Below, piece after piece: positions 1 to 9,109 of a DNA stretch of 57,109 nucleotides. This DNA comes from a virus (taxonomy: Duplodnaviria; Caudoviricetes). Every line of letters starts with the position of its first letter. Position 1 is the stretch's first letter. The stretch is taken from positions 1 through 57,109 of IMG/VR virus record IMGVR_UViG_3300047300_000237, one strand, 5' to 3'. Below the pieces are notes generated by a model. The model had not been told where the DNA came from, did not search any database, and saw nothing but the letters and a program-made list of their open reading frames with translations. The position numbers and the translations under genes are program-made.

Positions 1-2478
1 CGAGGTGTTCATAATGGGGTGCGCTTTTCTCGTCGGGAAGACTTCTCTCCCGTTCTCTATGTGAAGAGCAAAGAAGAAAGTGTCCACAAGTCCCTATATG
101 GTGACAATCTCCAACCGATTGAATTTGAAAACAACAATGATGCCAAAGAGTTTATTCAGACCTATGGTGAAGTAGATAACTTTGCCATCTATGGACAGAC
201 TAACTTTGGCTATCAGTATATCACGCATAAGTTCCCGGGTGAAATCCAGTGGGACATGAATGCGTTGAAGATACAGACTATCGATATTGAAACGAAAGCC
301 GAACACGGCTTTCCAGATATCAATAATCCCATCGAAGAAGTTCTCCTTATCACCGTCAAGGATCTAATCTCTCGCCAGATTATTACCTATGGTTGTGGTG
401 ATTTTGATGATAAGAACTCCGAGATTATTAATAATCTTCGAGCGCAGGGTAATAAGTTTCTGTATGTCAAGTGTGATGATGAACGTGACCTACTAGAAAC
501 GTATATTCGTTTTCACTCGGACAACCATCCTGATATCATCACAGGTTGGAACTGCGAACTCTTCGATATTGCATATCTGATCGCCCGAGTAGAGCGGTTG
601 TTCAATGACGATAATGCCACGAAGAAGAAGTTTTCTCCGTGGGGTCTAGTGGCGCGTAAGAACATGAACGTCATGGGTCGCGAAATGTTTACCTATGAAA
701 TGAAGGGTATTGCGGTTCTAGACTATCTTGATCTATATAAAAAGTTCACTTACGCCAATCAAGAGTCTTATAAACTGGATCATATTGCCAGCGTAGAACT
801 CGGTAAGAAAAAGTTGGAACATTCGTATGAAACTTTCCGTGAGTTTTATACCAAAGACTGGCAGCGGTTCGTTGAATACAACGTGGTTGACGTTGAAATC
901 GTGGACGAACTTGAACGTAAGTTGAAGTTGATCGAACTCATTCTTACGATGGCATATGACGCCAAGTGCAACTACAATGACGTTTTCTCTCAGGTTCGGA
1001 CTTGGGATTGCCTTCTTTACAATCACCTGTATGACAAGAATATTCATATTCCACAGAAGCGTGACCAGCAGGGTCGTGGTATCGAAGGTGCATTCGTCAA
1101 AGAACCAAAGCCTGGTAAGTATGACTGGGTAGTTTCGTTTGACGCCACCTCGCTGTATCCGTCAATCATTATGCAGTATAACATGTCACCAGAAACTATG
1201 GTCAATGGGTATGTCAAAGACACTACGGTGCGAGGCCTTCTTGATCGTAACTATGATCTTGATGACCTCAAAGAAAATGATTACTGTATGACTTCGAACG
1301 GGTATTGCTATACTCGCACAAAGCAGGGTCTATTCCCAGAAATCGTAGAGAAGTTCTTTGGTGACCGTCAGCGTTATAAGAAGTTGATGATTGCAGCACA
1401 GCGAGAGTATGAAGAAACTAAGAACGAAAAACTAAAAAACGATATCTCTAAATATAATAACTTCCAGATGGCAAGAAAGATTCAGTTGAACTCTCTCTTC
1501 GGTGCCATGGGCAATGAATACTTCCGCTATTATGATGCCCGTGTAGCCGAAGGTATCACAATGACTGGTCAGTATATCATTCAAGAAGTTGGTAATGCGT
1601 TGAATGCATATCTAAACAAGGTTGTAGGTACCGAGAATCATGACTACTCTTTCTACAGTGATACTGACTCTTGCTATATTTCCCTGGAGCCTCTTGTTCG
1701 TAAGTTTTATCCTGATATGGACCGCGATAAACTCATTGGTATTCTCGATAAAATCTGCGAAGAGAAAATCACGGAGGCGATCAACAAGAGTTGTGATGGA
1801 CTTGCGGACTACACGAATGCATTTCAAAAGAAGATTATCTTCAAACGCGAAGCAATCGCGGAACGTGGCATCTGGGTTGCGAAAAAGCGGTATGCACTTA
1901 ATGTCTATGACAACGAAGGGGTCCGTTACAAAGATCCAAAACTCAAAGTCATGGGTCTTGAAATCGTCCGCTCGTCTACGCCAGCGCCGGTTAGAACGAG
2001 TCTCAAAGAAGCCGTCAGACTCTGCCTGACTTCCGATGAAACCACACTACAGAAATTCATTGAAGACACCCGTGAAGCATTTTACAAGATGTCGCCAGAA
2101 GAGATTGCATTTCCTCGTGGCGTAAATGGTCTTGAAAAATATACTTCCGCGTCGGACATCTATGCAAAGGGTACCCCGATGCATGTTCGTGGTGCCTTGA
2201 TGTATAACCACCTAATCAAGAAAGCAAATCTAGATAAGAAGTATGAATTGATCCAAGAAGGTGAAAAGATTAAGTTCCTTTATCTCAAAGAGCCGAATAC
2301 TATTCGTGAAAATTGCATTGCTTTTCTTGGAACCATGCCAAAAGAACTTGACATTCACAAGTATATAGATTATAAGATGATGTTCCAGAAAGCATTTCTT
2401 GATCCACTCAACATGATTGTAGACGGCCTTGGTTGGTCTACTGAGAAAAAAGCAACATTGGAGGACTTATTCGCATGA
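1..2478 (+). CDS. 43: Family B DNA polymerase (T4 gp43-like), 5'-truncated by the window edge
   Basis: Exo I DIET, motif A SFDATSLYPS, motif B KIQLNSLFG, motif C YSDTDS; frame is open from base 1. Confidence 0.98.
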   Translation, partial: RGVHNGVRFSRREDFSPVLYVKSKEESVHKSLYGDNLQPIEFENNNDAKEFIQTYGEVDNFAIYGQTNFGYQYITHKFPGEIQWDMNALKIQTIDIETKAEHGFPDINNPIEEVLLITVKDLISRQIITYGCGDFDDKNSEIINNLRAQGNKFLYVKCDDERDLLETYIRFHSDNHPDIITGWNCELFDIAYLIARVERLFNDDNATKKKFSPWGLVARKNMNVMGREMFTYEMKGIAVLDYLDLYKKFTYANQESYKLDHIASVELGKKKLEHSYETFREFYTKDWQRFVEYNVVDVEIVDELERKLKLIELILTMAYDAKCNYNDVFSQVRTWDCLLYNHLYDKNIHIPQKRDQQGRGIEGAFVKEPKPGKYDWVVSFDATSLYPSIIMQYNMSPETMVNGYVKDTTVRGLLDRNYDLDDLKENDYCMTSNGYCYTRTKQGLFPEIVEKFFGDRQRYKKLMIAAQREYEETKNEKLKNDISKYNNFQMARKIQLNSLFGAMGNEYFRYYDARVAEGITMTGQYIIQEVGNALNAYLNKVVGTENHDYSFYSDTDSCYISLEPLVRKFYPDMDRDKLIGILDKICEEKITEAINKSCDGLADYTNAFQKKIIFKREAIAERGIWVAKKRYALNVYDNEGVRYKDPKLKVMGLEIVRSSTPAPVRTSLKEAVRLCLTSDETTLQKFIEDTREAFYKMSPEEIAFPRGVNGLEKYTSASDIYAKGTPMHVRGALMYNHLIKKANLDKKYELIQEGEKIKFLYLKEPNTIRENCIAFLGTMPKELDIHKYIDYKMMFQKAFLDPLNMIVDGLGWSTEKKATLEDLFA

Positions 2479-3539
2479 ATGCCTTACTTGACAAACTAAA
2501 GAAGAACAGCACAATCAAAGAAACCAACGTGCTGTCCGATAGCAAACTGTTTAGCACAAAAGATTTGATTCAGACTTCTGTTCCAGCGTTGAACGTGGCT
2601 CTGTCTGGTCGTCTTGATGGTGGTCTGACCCCTGGTCTAACAGTCTTTGCTGGTCCATCGAAGCACTTTAAGACTGCATTTGCCATGATGTTGGCAAAGA
2701 GTTTCCAGCAGAAGTATGATGACGGTATCATTCTGTTCTATGACTCAGAGTTTGGTGCACCTCAATCTTATTTCGAGAACTTTGGTATCGATACAAACAA
2801 GGTTGTTCATACACCTATCACCGATATTGAACAGTTGAAGCATGACGTTATGAGCCAGTTGAATGAACTGGAACGTAAAGACCGCGTCATGATCATTGTT
2901 GACTCCGTTGGCAACTTGGCTTCGAAGAAAGAAGTTGATGACGCCCTAGACGGCAAGTCGGTCGCAGATATGACTCGCGCAAAGCAGATGAAGTCCCTGT
3001 TCCGTATGATTACGCCGCACCTTACCATCAAGGATATTCCGATGGTAGTTGTCAATCATACTTACATGGAAATCGGTATGTTCCCGAAGGCGATTGTCTC
3101 TGGTGGTACTGGCATCTATTACTCGGCTGACAATATCTTTATCATTGGTCGCCAGCAAGAGAAACAAGGAACTGAAATTGTCGGTTACAACTTTATCATC
3201 AACGTTGAAAAGTCTCGTTACGTCCGAGAGAAGTCAAAGATTCCTATTGAAGTTACTTTCGAAGGTGGTATCAGTAAGTGGTCTGGTCTTCTTGATATTG
3301 CTCTTGAAAGTGGCCACGTAATCAAGCCATCGAATGGCTGGTATCAGAATGCGAATGAAGAAAAGAAGTATCGTTTGAATGATACTTACACTAAGGAATT
3401 CTGGATGCCAATTCTTACCGATCCGACTTTCGGCGAATGGATCGAAAAGCGTTATCGTATGGCTGGTGGACAAATGATGGAGGGTGACAATGTGGAAATT
3501 CCTGACGAAGATATTTCAGAGGCATACGAAGACCTGTGA
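2475..3539 (+). CDS. uvsX: RecA-like recombinase UvsX
   Basis: AGPSKHFKT Walker A variant, YDSEFG, DSVGNLASKKE; T4 synteny 43-uvsX-41. Confidence 0.97.
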   Translation: MNALLDKLKKNSTIKETNVLSDSKLFSTKDLIQTSVPALNVALSGRLDGGLTPGLTVFAGPSKHFKTAFAMMLAKSFQQKYDDGIILFYDSEFGAPQSYFENFGIDTNKVVHTPITDIEQLKHDVMSQLNELERKDRVMIIVDSVGNLASKKEVDDALDGKSVADMTRAKQMKSLFRMITPHLTIKDIPMVVVNHTYMEIGMFPKAIVSGGTGIYYSADNIFIIGRQQEKQGTEIVGYNFIINVEKSRYVREKSKIPIEVTFEGGISKWSGLLDIALESGHVIKPSNGWYQNANEEKKYRLNDTYTKEFWMPILTDPTFGEWIEKRYRMAGGQMMEGDNVEIPDEDISEAYEDL

Positions 3540-3711
3540 ACACTGCGGTTGCGGCCTTAATCCTAAGAGAGATGCCGCAATCTGTCTTCATGGTTCAGAA
3601 CATGGCATACCATTTGAACAGTGGGTATGCGAAGACTGTTGCATGAAGGTTGCTTATGAATACGAAGAATATTTCGAACTAGAGGATGTAGTTGGTGCAG
3701 AAGAAGATTGA
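3490..3711 (+). CDS. Small Cys-rich (zinc-binding) hypothetical protein
   Basis: CEHCGC...CEDCC; fills the uvsX-41 gap with overlaps at both ends. Confidence 0.6.
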   Translation: MWKFLTKIFQRHTKTCEHCGCGLNPKRDAAICLHGSEHGIPFEQWVCEDCCMKVAYEYEEYFELEDVVGAEED

Positions 3712-5083
3712 AACAATCATTCTAAGTAAGTTGATTTCGGATGAGAATTACCTTCGTAAGGTAATCCCATTCATTAAAGATGAATATTTTACGGACAATG
3801 CCGAGAAGTTGATCTATCGGTATATCAATGACTTTGTTGGTAAGTATAACTCTCTGCCCACAATTGATGCAATCAATATTGCATTGCAAAATGACCGCAA
3901 TGTAAATGAAAAAGAATACCAACATGTGGTCGAGAAACTAACTGCACTTGATGATGAAGTTGATGCCAATGAAAAGTGGCTTCTAGATCAGACCGAAAAG
4001 TTTTGTAAAGACCGAGCCGTCTATAATGCTATCATGCAATCTATCCAGATCATTGATGGTGTTGACAAGGTCCATTCGCAAGATGGTATTCCTTCCATTC
4101 TTCAAGATGCCCTGTCAGTTGGCTTTGACAACAACGTAGGTCACGATTACCTTGACAATGCCGATAGCCGCTATGACTTCTATCACCGCGATGAAACCAA
4201 GTTGCCATTTGATCTTGAAATGTTCAACAAGATCACCAATGGTGGTCTGCCGAATAAGACGTTGAACATTGCTCTTGCTGGTACTGGTGTTGGTAAGTCG
4301 CTGTTCATGTGCCACATGGCAGCTGGTGCCCTCGGTATGAACAAGAACGTTCTCTATATCACCCTCGAAATGGCAGAAGAACGTATTGCAGAACGCATTG
4401 ACGCCAACTTGATGAACGTCAACATCCAAGAACTCAAAGACCTGTCCAAGTCTATGTTTGATCAGCGTATTGCCAAGATCAGAACCAAGACTGAGGGTCG
4501 TTTGATCGTCAAAGAATATCCAACTGCCAGTGCTCACGTTGGTCACTTTAAGGCTCTGTTGAACGAACTCCAACTCAAGCGAAACTTTAAGCCAGATGTT
4601 ATCTTCATTGACTATCTGAATATCTGTGCCTCCAGTCGATACAAAGCATCGTCTGGTGCTAACTCTTACACAGTCATCAAGGGTATTGCAGAAGAACTTC
4701 GTGGTCTGGCTGTAGAGTTTGATCTTCCAATCGTTTCAGCCACACAGACAACTCGTTCTGGTTATGCTAACTCCGATGTTGAATTGACGGACACTTCTGA
4801 ATCTTTCGGTCTGCCAGCGACGGCTGACTTGATGTTTGCTCTTATCTCTACAGAAGAACTTGAGAAGATGAGCCAGTTGATGGTAAAGCAGTTGAAGAAC
4901 CGCTACAATGATCCTGCGATGAACAAGCGTTTCATGGTTGGCATCGACCGCGGTAAGATGAAACTGTTTGATCTAGAAGATTCTGCACAAGATGGTATCA
5001 TGGACTCAGGTCAAGACGATGTTCCTGTCTTTGAAAATACCACTATTGGTCAACGAAGAGATTTTTCAAAGTTTGATTTTTGA
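3695..5083 (+). CDS. 41: Replicative DnaB-like helicase gp41
   Basis: AGTGVGKS Walker A, FIDYLNIC, SATQTTRSG, KQLKNRY; GTG start assumed. Confidence 0.97.
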   Translation: MQKKIETIILSKLISDENYLRKVIPFIKDEYFTDNAEKLIYRYINDFVGKYNSLPTIDAINIALQNDRNVNEKEYQHVVEKLTALDDEVDANEKWLLDQTEKFCKDRAVYNAIMQSIQIIDGVDKVHSQDGIPSILQDALSVGFDNNVGHDYLDNADSRYDFYHRDETKLPFDLEMFNKITNGGLPNKTLNIALAGTGVGKSLFMCHMAAGALGMNKNVLYITLEMAEERIAERIDANLMNVNIQELKDLSKSMFDQRIAKIRTKTEGRLIVKEYPTASAHVGHFKALLNELQLKRNFKPDVIFIDYLNICASSRYKASSGANSYTVIKGIAEELRGLAVEFDLPIVSATQTTRSGYANSDVELTDTSESFGLPATADLMFALISTEELEKMSQLMVKQLKNRYNDPAMNKRFMVGIDRGKMKLFDLEDSAQDGIMDSGQDDVPVFENTTIGQRRDFSKFDF

Positions 5084-5084
5084 C

Positions 5085-5113
5085 TTGACTAATCGTTATA
5101 AATGTAGTATAAA
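5085..5113 (+). promoter_or_regulatory. sigma70-type promoter for tRNA-Arg
   Basis: TTGACT-17 nt-TATAAA just upstream of the tRNA. Confidence 0.6.
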
Positions 5114-5121
5114 ATACAAAT

Positions 5122-5198
5122 GCGCCGGTAGTTCAACTGGATAGAATACGAGTCTTCTAAACTTGGGGTTGCAGGTTCGAGCCCTGCCCGGCGCGCCA
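5122..5198 (+). tRNA. tRNA-Arg(TCT), solitary
   Basis: Cloverleaf, loop CTTCTAA, GGTTCGAG T-arm, CCA end. Confidence 0.93.
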
Positions 5199-5214
5199 GA
5201 TTATAGGAAACAAT

Positions 5215-5562
5215 ATGGACCTTGAATTGAAATTAGTTGTATCGTCATTCGTATGGATGAATGTTGGTAGTGCTGATCTTCCTTTGTGGAAGACTGTCGG
5301 CGCCAAAGAATATATCGTTAAGTATTTTCGTGGTGAACCAACATTTGAGATGATCAACGAAGAACTTGATAAAGTAGCCCATATGTTTGAAGGTGGTGAT
5401 GCGGTAATGCGAGAGACAGTTGCTGGCTTTGAAGTCTACTTTGCAGATGCTCCTACCAATTCAGAAATGTTTCAAATCAATCTAAATGGAGCAATTGATT
5501 TTCCTCCAATCGACCTCACTCAGGTAGATGTTGAAGAAGATTTGAAGGCTATACTGCCATAA
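5215..5562 (+). CDS. Hypothetical protein
   Basis: 115-aa ORF with AGGA RBS. Confidence 0.75.
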   Translation: MDLELKLVVSSFVWMNVGSADLPLWKTVGAKEYIVKYFRGEPTFEMINEELDKVAHMFEGGDAVMRETVAGFEVYFADAPTNSEMFQINLNGAIDFPPIDLTQVDVEEDLKAILP

Positions 5563-5565
5563 TGT

Positions 5566-5573
5566 TATAAATA
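5566..5573 (+). promoter_or_regulatory. T4-type late promoter (gp55)
   Basis: Exact TATAAATA 27 nt before ATG 5601. Confidence 0.8.
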
Positions 5574-5600
5574 TAGGGTACTTTATAGAGATGGAACCCT

Positions 5601-6737
5601 ATGTTATCCTTTACACAATTCATCACAGAGGCTACCCACACAGGTGGTATTGCTCATATTGAGCATCCCTCTGATAGATCATTTGATAGTCAAGAAGCCG
5701 CGCACCACGCATTGGAAACTCTGCGTGGTGTTGCTCATGGGAAAACACCTATCACTCGTAAGATCGATGATAGAATGTCTTTTCATGCCATTCGCACACC
5801 AGAAGGTAAGATTGGTGTAAAGTATAAGGGCGCAGGTTCTCACTACAACTATTCGGCTGCTGATATTGAAAAGCAGCATGGTCATAAACCATATCTTGTT
5901 GGTCCACTAAAAGCACTTCATGCTCACTTGGGTAAGGTTCTTCCTAAAAAGCCCGGTGAGTATCAGGGTGGTTATATGAGTGAACCTCATGGTAGATCGG
6001 AATATAACACACACATTTCCCATACGCCTAACACCATTGAATATCGTGCAGCCGCTGGTAGCGAAGAAGCGAAGAAGTTAAAGCAGTCTAAGGTTAGTGC
6101 CACTATTCACACCGAACTAAAGGGCCCTGAAAGAGTTGCACATCCTATTACGGACATGTCGCACTTTCAATCTCACCCTGATGTCCATATGGTACAGCAT
6201 CTAGTATCACCAGAAGAGCGCAAACTTCATCCTTCTGTTAAAGCGCAAGCGGATGAACATCTAAATGCCGCTGAAAAACTAATGAAGGGACACACATATG
6301 GTCACTTATCTGGACATGAAACTCATCTAAGAACATATATCAATAGAACAGTTTCAAGCGGTGAAAAGCCTTCAGTTGAGGGTTATAGAAAGCATCTTGA
6401 AGCCGCACACCAAAAACTAGTAGATGCTGTTAAGACTCCTGCTGCCAAAGAGCGCAAGACTGCCACTATGAATGCTCAATTGGCACAAGTAGACAAACAC
6501 AAAAAAGAATTTCAAAGATCATTCCAAATCCATCATCACCTTCAACAAGCAACTAATCATCTTGCTAGAGGATTAGACAAAGCGGGTGGCGGTGGCTTTA
6601 CTACACATATCAATGGTGCTCCCGCTGGCGGTGAAGGCTATGTTGCCCACGGCCTAAAGGTTGTTGACCGCGAAGGCTTCTCGAAAGCCAATCGTGAACG
6701 TAGCGCCATACTAAGAGCAAGCAGAGGAAAGAAATGA
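5601..6737 (+). CDS. His-rich ligase/nucleotidyltransferase-like putative internal head protein (DUF6267-like)
   Basis: N-terminal MLSFTQFITE resembles the T4 capsid-targeting sequence; ligase-like motifs TRKIDD, EYQGG, EGYV, KVVDREGFS; about 9-10% His. Confidence 0.6.
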   Translation: MLSFTQFITEATHTGGIAHIEHPSDRSFDSQEAAHHALETLRGVAHGKTPITRKIDDRMSFHAIRTPEGKIGVKYKGAGSHYNYSAADIEKQHGHKPYLVGPLKALHAHLGKVLPKKPGEYQGGYMSEPHGRSEYNTHISHTPNTIEYRAAAGSEEAKKLKQSKVSATIHTELKGPERVAHPITDMSHFQSHPDVHMVQHLVSPEERKLHPSVKAQADEHLNAAEKLMKGHTYGHLSGHETHLRTYINRTVSSGEKPSVEGYRKHLEAAHQKLVDAVKTPAAKERKTATMNAQLAQVDKHKKEFQRSFQIHHHLQQATNHLARGLDKAGGGGFTTHINGAPAGGEGYVAHGLKVVDREGFSKANRERSAILRASRGKK

Positions 6738-7351
6738 CCGAAGTTCATCATCACATTACTCAGGGTCGTATGAACCCTATCACAGTCGGTCACGAAGCCG
6801 TTGTCAATCAAGTTCGTAAAGCGGCTGGTTCACACGGCCATACAATCGTTCTGACTGGTACACATGATGCTAAGAAGAATCCTCTGACACCAGAACAAAA
6901 GTTGAAGCATGCCAAGAGAGCATTTCCTGGTGCGAATGTTCGTCTACTAGATAAAGAGCATCCAACACTTCTGCACCAACTGTCAAGACTTCACAGCCAA
7001 GGCGTAACTCATCTTCATTTACACGTTGGCTCAGACCGCGCCCATGAGTTTCATGCATTGACGCATAAGTATAATGGTGTAGAGGGTCGTCACGGACATT
7101 ACAAGTTCAAGAAGATTACTATTCACACAGTTGGTAAAGAACGATCAGACGCCGATACTGGTGTTGCTGGTGCTTCTGGTACCAAGATGCGTCAACATGC
7201 CGCTTCTGGTAATGAAAAAGCATTTCATGCTATGGCTCCAAGTGCTATGTCAACTAAGCATAAGCACGAACTCTATAAAGATGTTCGCCATGGCATGGGA
7301 CTCCACGAGACACTATCATTTACACAGTTTGTAGGAACACTAAATGGCTAA
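6734..7351 (+). CDS. HIGH-superfamily cytidyltransferase-like nucleotidyltransferase, His-rich
   Basis: GRMNPITVGH, KKNPL, VGSDR, SGTKMR motifs. Confidence 0.8.
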   Translation: MTEVHHHITQGRMNPITVGHEAVVNQVRKAAGSHGHTIVLTGTHDAKKNPLTPEQKLKHAKRAFPGANVRLLDKEHPTLLHQLSRLHSQGVTHLHLHVGSDRAHEFHALTHKYNGVEGRHGHYKFKKITIHTVGKERSDADTGVAGASGTKMRQHAASGNEKAFHAMAPSAMSTKHKHELYKDVRHGMGLHETLSFTQFVGTLNG

Positions 7352-8087
7352 CTTTATTTGGCAAGACTGGCCCGGATTAAATCTGGCAAGAGGTAAAGTA
7401 AGAGGCGCGTCCATAATCCATAAGTTTGGTGCGACTCCTCAGATTTCCACTTCTGTCAACGCTACTATCTGGGATGTTCCCGACACTATATATCCCTGGT
7501 CAGCATTCGCAACTCCTGGTGTATTGAATGTTGATCTTGCCAGCACTTCCGATATTGGACATACAGTAACCATCACTGGTCTGGATGCTAACTTTAATGT
7601 TGTTTCCGAGACAATCAATCTTGATGTTCAAAACAATAATACTGGTACTCAAGTATTCAGTAGAGTTTATAGAGCATTCTTTGATGGCAGTGATTCGAAT
7701 GTGGGACAGATTAATATTCAACTCGGCTCAACAACAGTTGCTAGAATCCAAGCGGGTAAGGCACAGACGCTAATGGCAGTTTACACTGTCCCCGCTGGAT
7801 ATAAAGGTTATATTTTCAAGGGTGATTCCACCGTCAAAGCAAACTCGGACATGACACTCGGCATGTATGTTCGATACGGCGGCGTTGGTGCATTCCGTAT
7901 TGGTCACCAAGCAGAAGTTTCGCCAAATGGTTATCAGTATGATTTTCCTATTCCTCTCGAACTGCCAGAGAAGAGTGATATTGATGTGAGGGCTTACGCA
8001 AACACAAACAATATTCGAGCCACGGCCATTTTCGATGTTGTTCTAATCAAGGACAACGAGTTTAGCCAGTGGAGCAGCGGATACTAA
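7344..8087 (+). CDS. Hypothetical beta-rich protein, probably virion structural
   Basis: In late block; T/V/G/N-rich beta-strand composition. Confidence 0.6.
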   Translation: MANFIWQDWPGLNLARGKVRGASIIHKFGATPQISTSVNATIWDVPDTIYPWSAFATPGVLNVDLASTSDIGHTVTITGLDANFNVVSETINLDVQNNNTGTQVFSRVYRAFFDGSDSNVGQINIQLGSTTVARIQAGKAQTLMAVYTVPAGYKGYIFKGDSTVKANSDMTLGMYVRYGGVGAFRIGHQAEVSPNGYQYDFPIPLELPEKSDIDVRAYANTNNIRATAIFDVVLIKDNEFSQWSSGY

Positions 8088-8098
8088 GGAGGTATTTC

Positions 8099-8341
8099 AT
8101 GGGTAAAGTTCTATCTTATTTAAAACAGATGATGGAAGACAGCGCAGGCTCTCCATCTTCAAAGCGTTTAGTTACCATTCTTGCAACCCTTCTAGTTTGT
8201 GGCGCATTCGTTGCCAATCTAGGCTGGGGGTTGACTGTTGAAGAGTTTATGTATAACAACATGATGTATATTGTCATTGCTGGTTTAGGTATCACAGGTG
8301 CAGAAAAGTTTGCACCAAGGGCACCTACCAAAGAAGATTAA
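8099..8341 (+). CDS. Two-TM membrane protein, putative holin
   Basis: AGGAGG RBS, PSSKR followed by two hydrophobic helices; directly upstream of spanins. Confidence 0.55.
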   Translation: MGKVLSYLKQMMEDSAGSPSSKRLVTILATLLVCGAFVANLGWGLTVEEFMYNNMMYIVIAGLGITGAEKFAPRAPTKED

Positions 8342-8351
8342 GGATTAAGAT

Positions 8352-8873
8352 ATGTTCGGTATGATTCCACTTCCCGTTAAGATTTTCGCTATTATTTTTC
8401 TTGTGTTAGGTGCCGCTGGCTGGGGCTATATGAAAGGCTCTGCCCATGCCGAAGTGGAACTTGCCAACTATCAAGCAAAAGCAGAGAAGCAAATCTCGGA
8501 ACTAAAAACAGAAAACGCTCGTATTTCTGATAATGTCACTGTTGAATATGTCGATAGAGTGAACACCATTCATGATAAAGAAACCATATATCGTGATCGT
8601 CTTGTAAATCTGGGCGAAGGTGAAAATCAACTATCGACTGGCTGGGTTGAACTTCATGACGCTGCCGCAAAACTGGCAGATCCAGATGCACAACTAGCCT
8701 CAGATAAAGCACCATCTGGCATTATGGACAATGCTGCACTTGCGGTTGTTCTTTCCAACTATAGAGTATGCCATGAAAACAAGCAACAACTAATCAGCCT
8801 GCAAAGTTGGATCACACAGAATAAAGCAGCGATTGAGGCCGCAAATCTTAAAGCGCCCAAGGAGAAGAAGTGA
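8352..8873 (+). CDS. Putative inner-membrane spanin (Rz-like)
   Basis: N-terminal TM, periplasmic helical body, C-terminal CHENKQQLISLQSWI; overlaps a lipoprotein gene. Confidence 0.75.
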   Translation: MFGMIPLPVKIFAIIFLVLGAAGWGYMKGSAHAEVELANYQAKAEKQISELKTENARISDNVTVEYVDRVNTIHDKETIYRDRLVNLGEGENQLSTGWVELHDAAAKLADPDAQLASDKAPSGIMDNAALAVVLSNYRVCHENKQQLISLQSWITQNKAAIEAANLKAPKEKK

Positions 8874-9064
8874 TGAGAGTATTTACTATTGGTTTGATTG
8901 CACTAGCACTCACTGGTTGCGCTGGCAAGACTCGTCTTGTTCCCCAAGCATATATGCCTGAACCGCCTGCTATTCTTATGCAACCACCTAAAGACTTGAA
9001 GCCAATCAAGAACAACTTAGAAGTAACAGAAACAACCGTTGCAGTCTCTGGACCAAAGTCGTAA
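8870..9064 (+). CDS. Putative outer-membrane spanin lipoprotein (Rz1-like)
   Basis: Lipobox LTGC and Pro-rich mature part (PEPPAILMQPP). Confidence 0.75.
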   Translation: MMRVFTIGLIALALTGCAGKTRLVPQAYMPEPPAILMQPPKDLKPIKNNLEVTETTVAVSGPKS

Positions 9065-9068
9065 ATCT

Positions 9069-9076
9069 TATAAATA
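9069..9076 (+). promoter_or_regulatory. T4-type late promoter
   Basis: Exact TATAAATA upstream of ATG 9110. Confidence 0.8.
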
Positions 9077-9109
9077 TAGCAAACGATTTATCTTCTGGAG
9101 ATACTTTTA

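Noticed and set aside
1640-2029. 129-aa alternate-frame ORF inside gp43
   Set aside because: Off-frame by-product of codon bias; no RBS or motif
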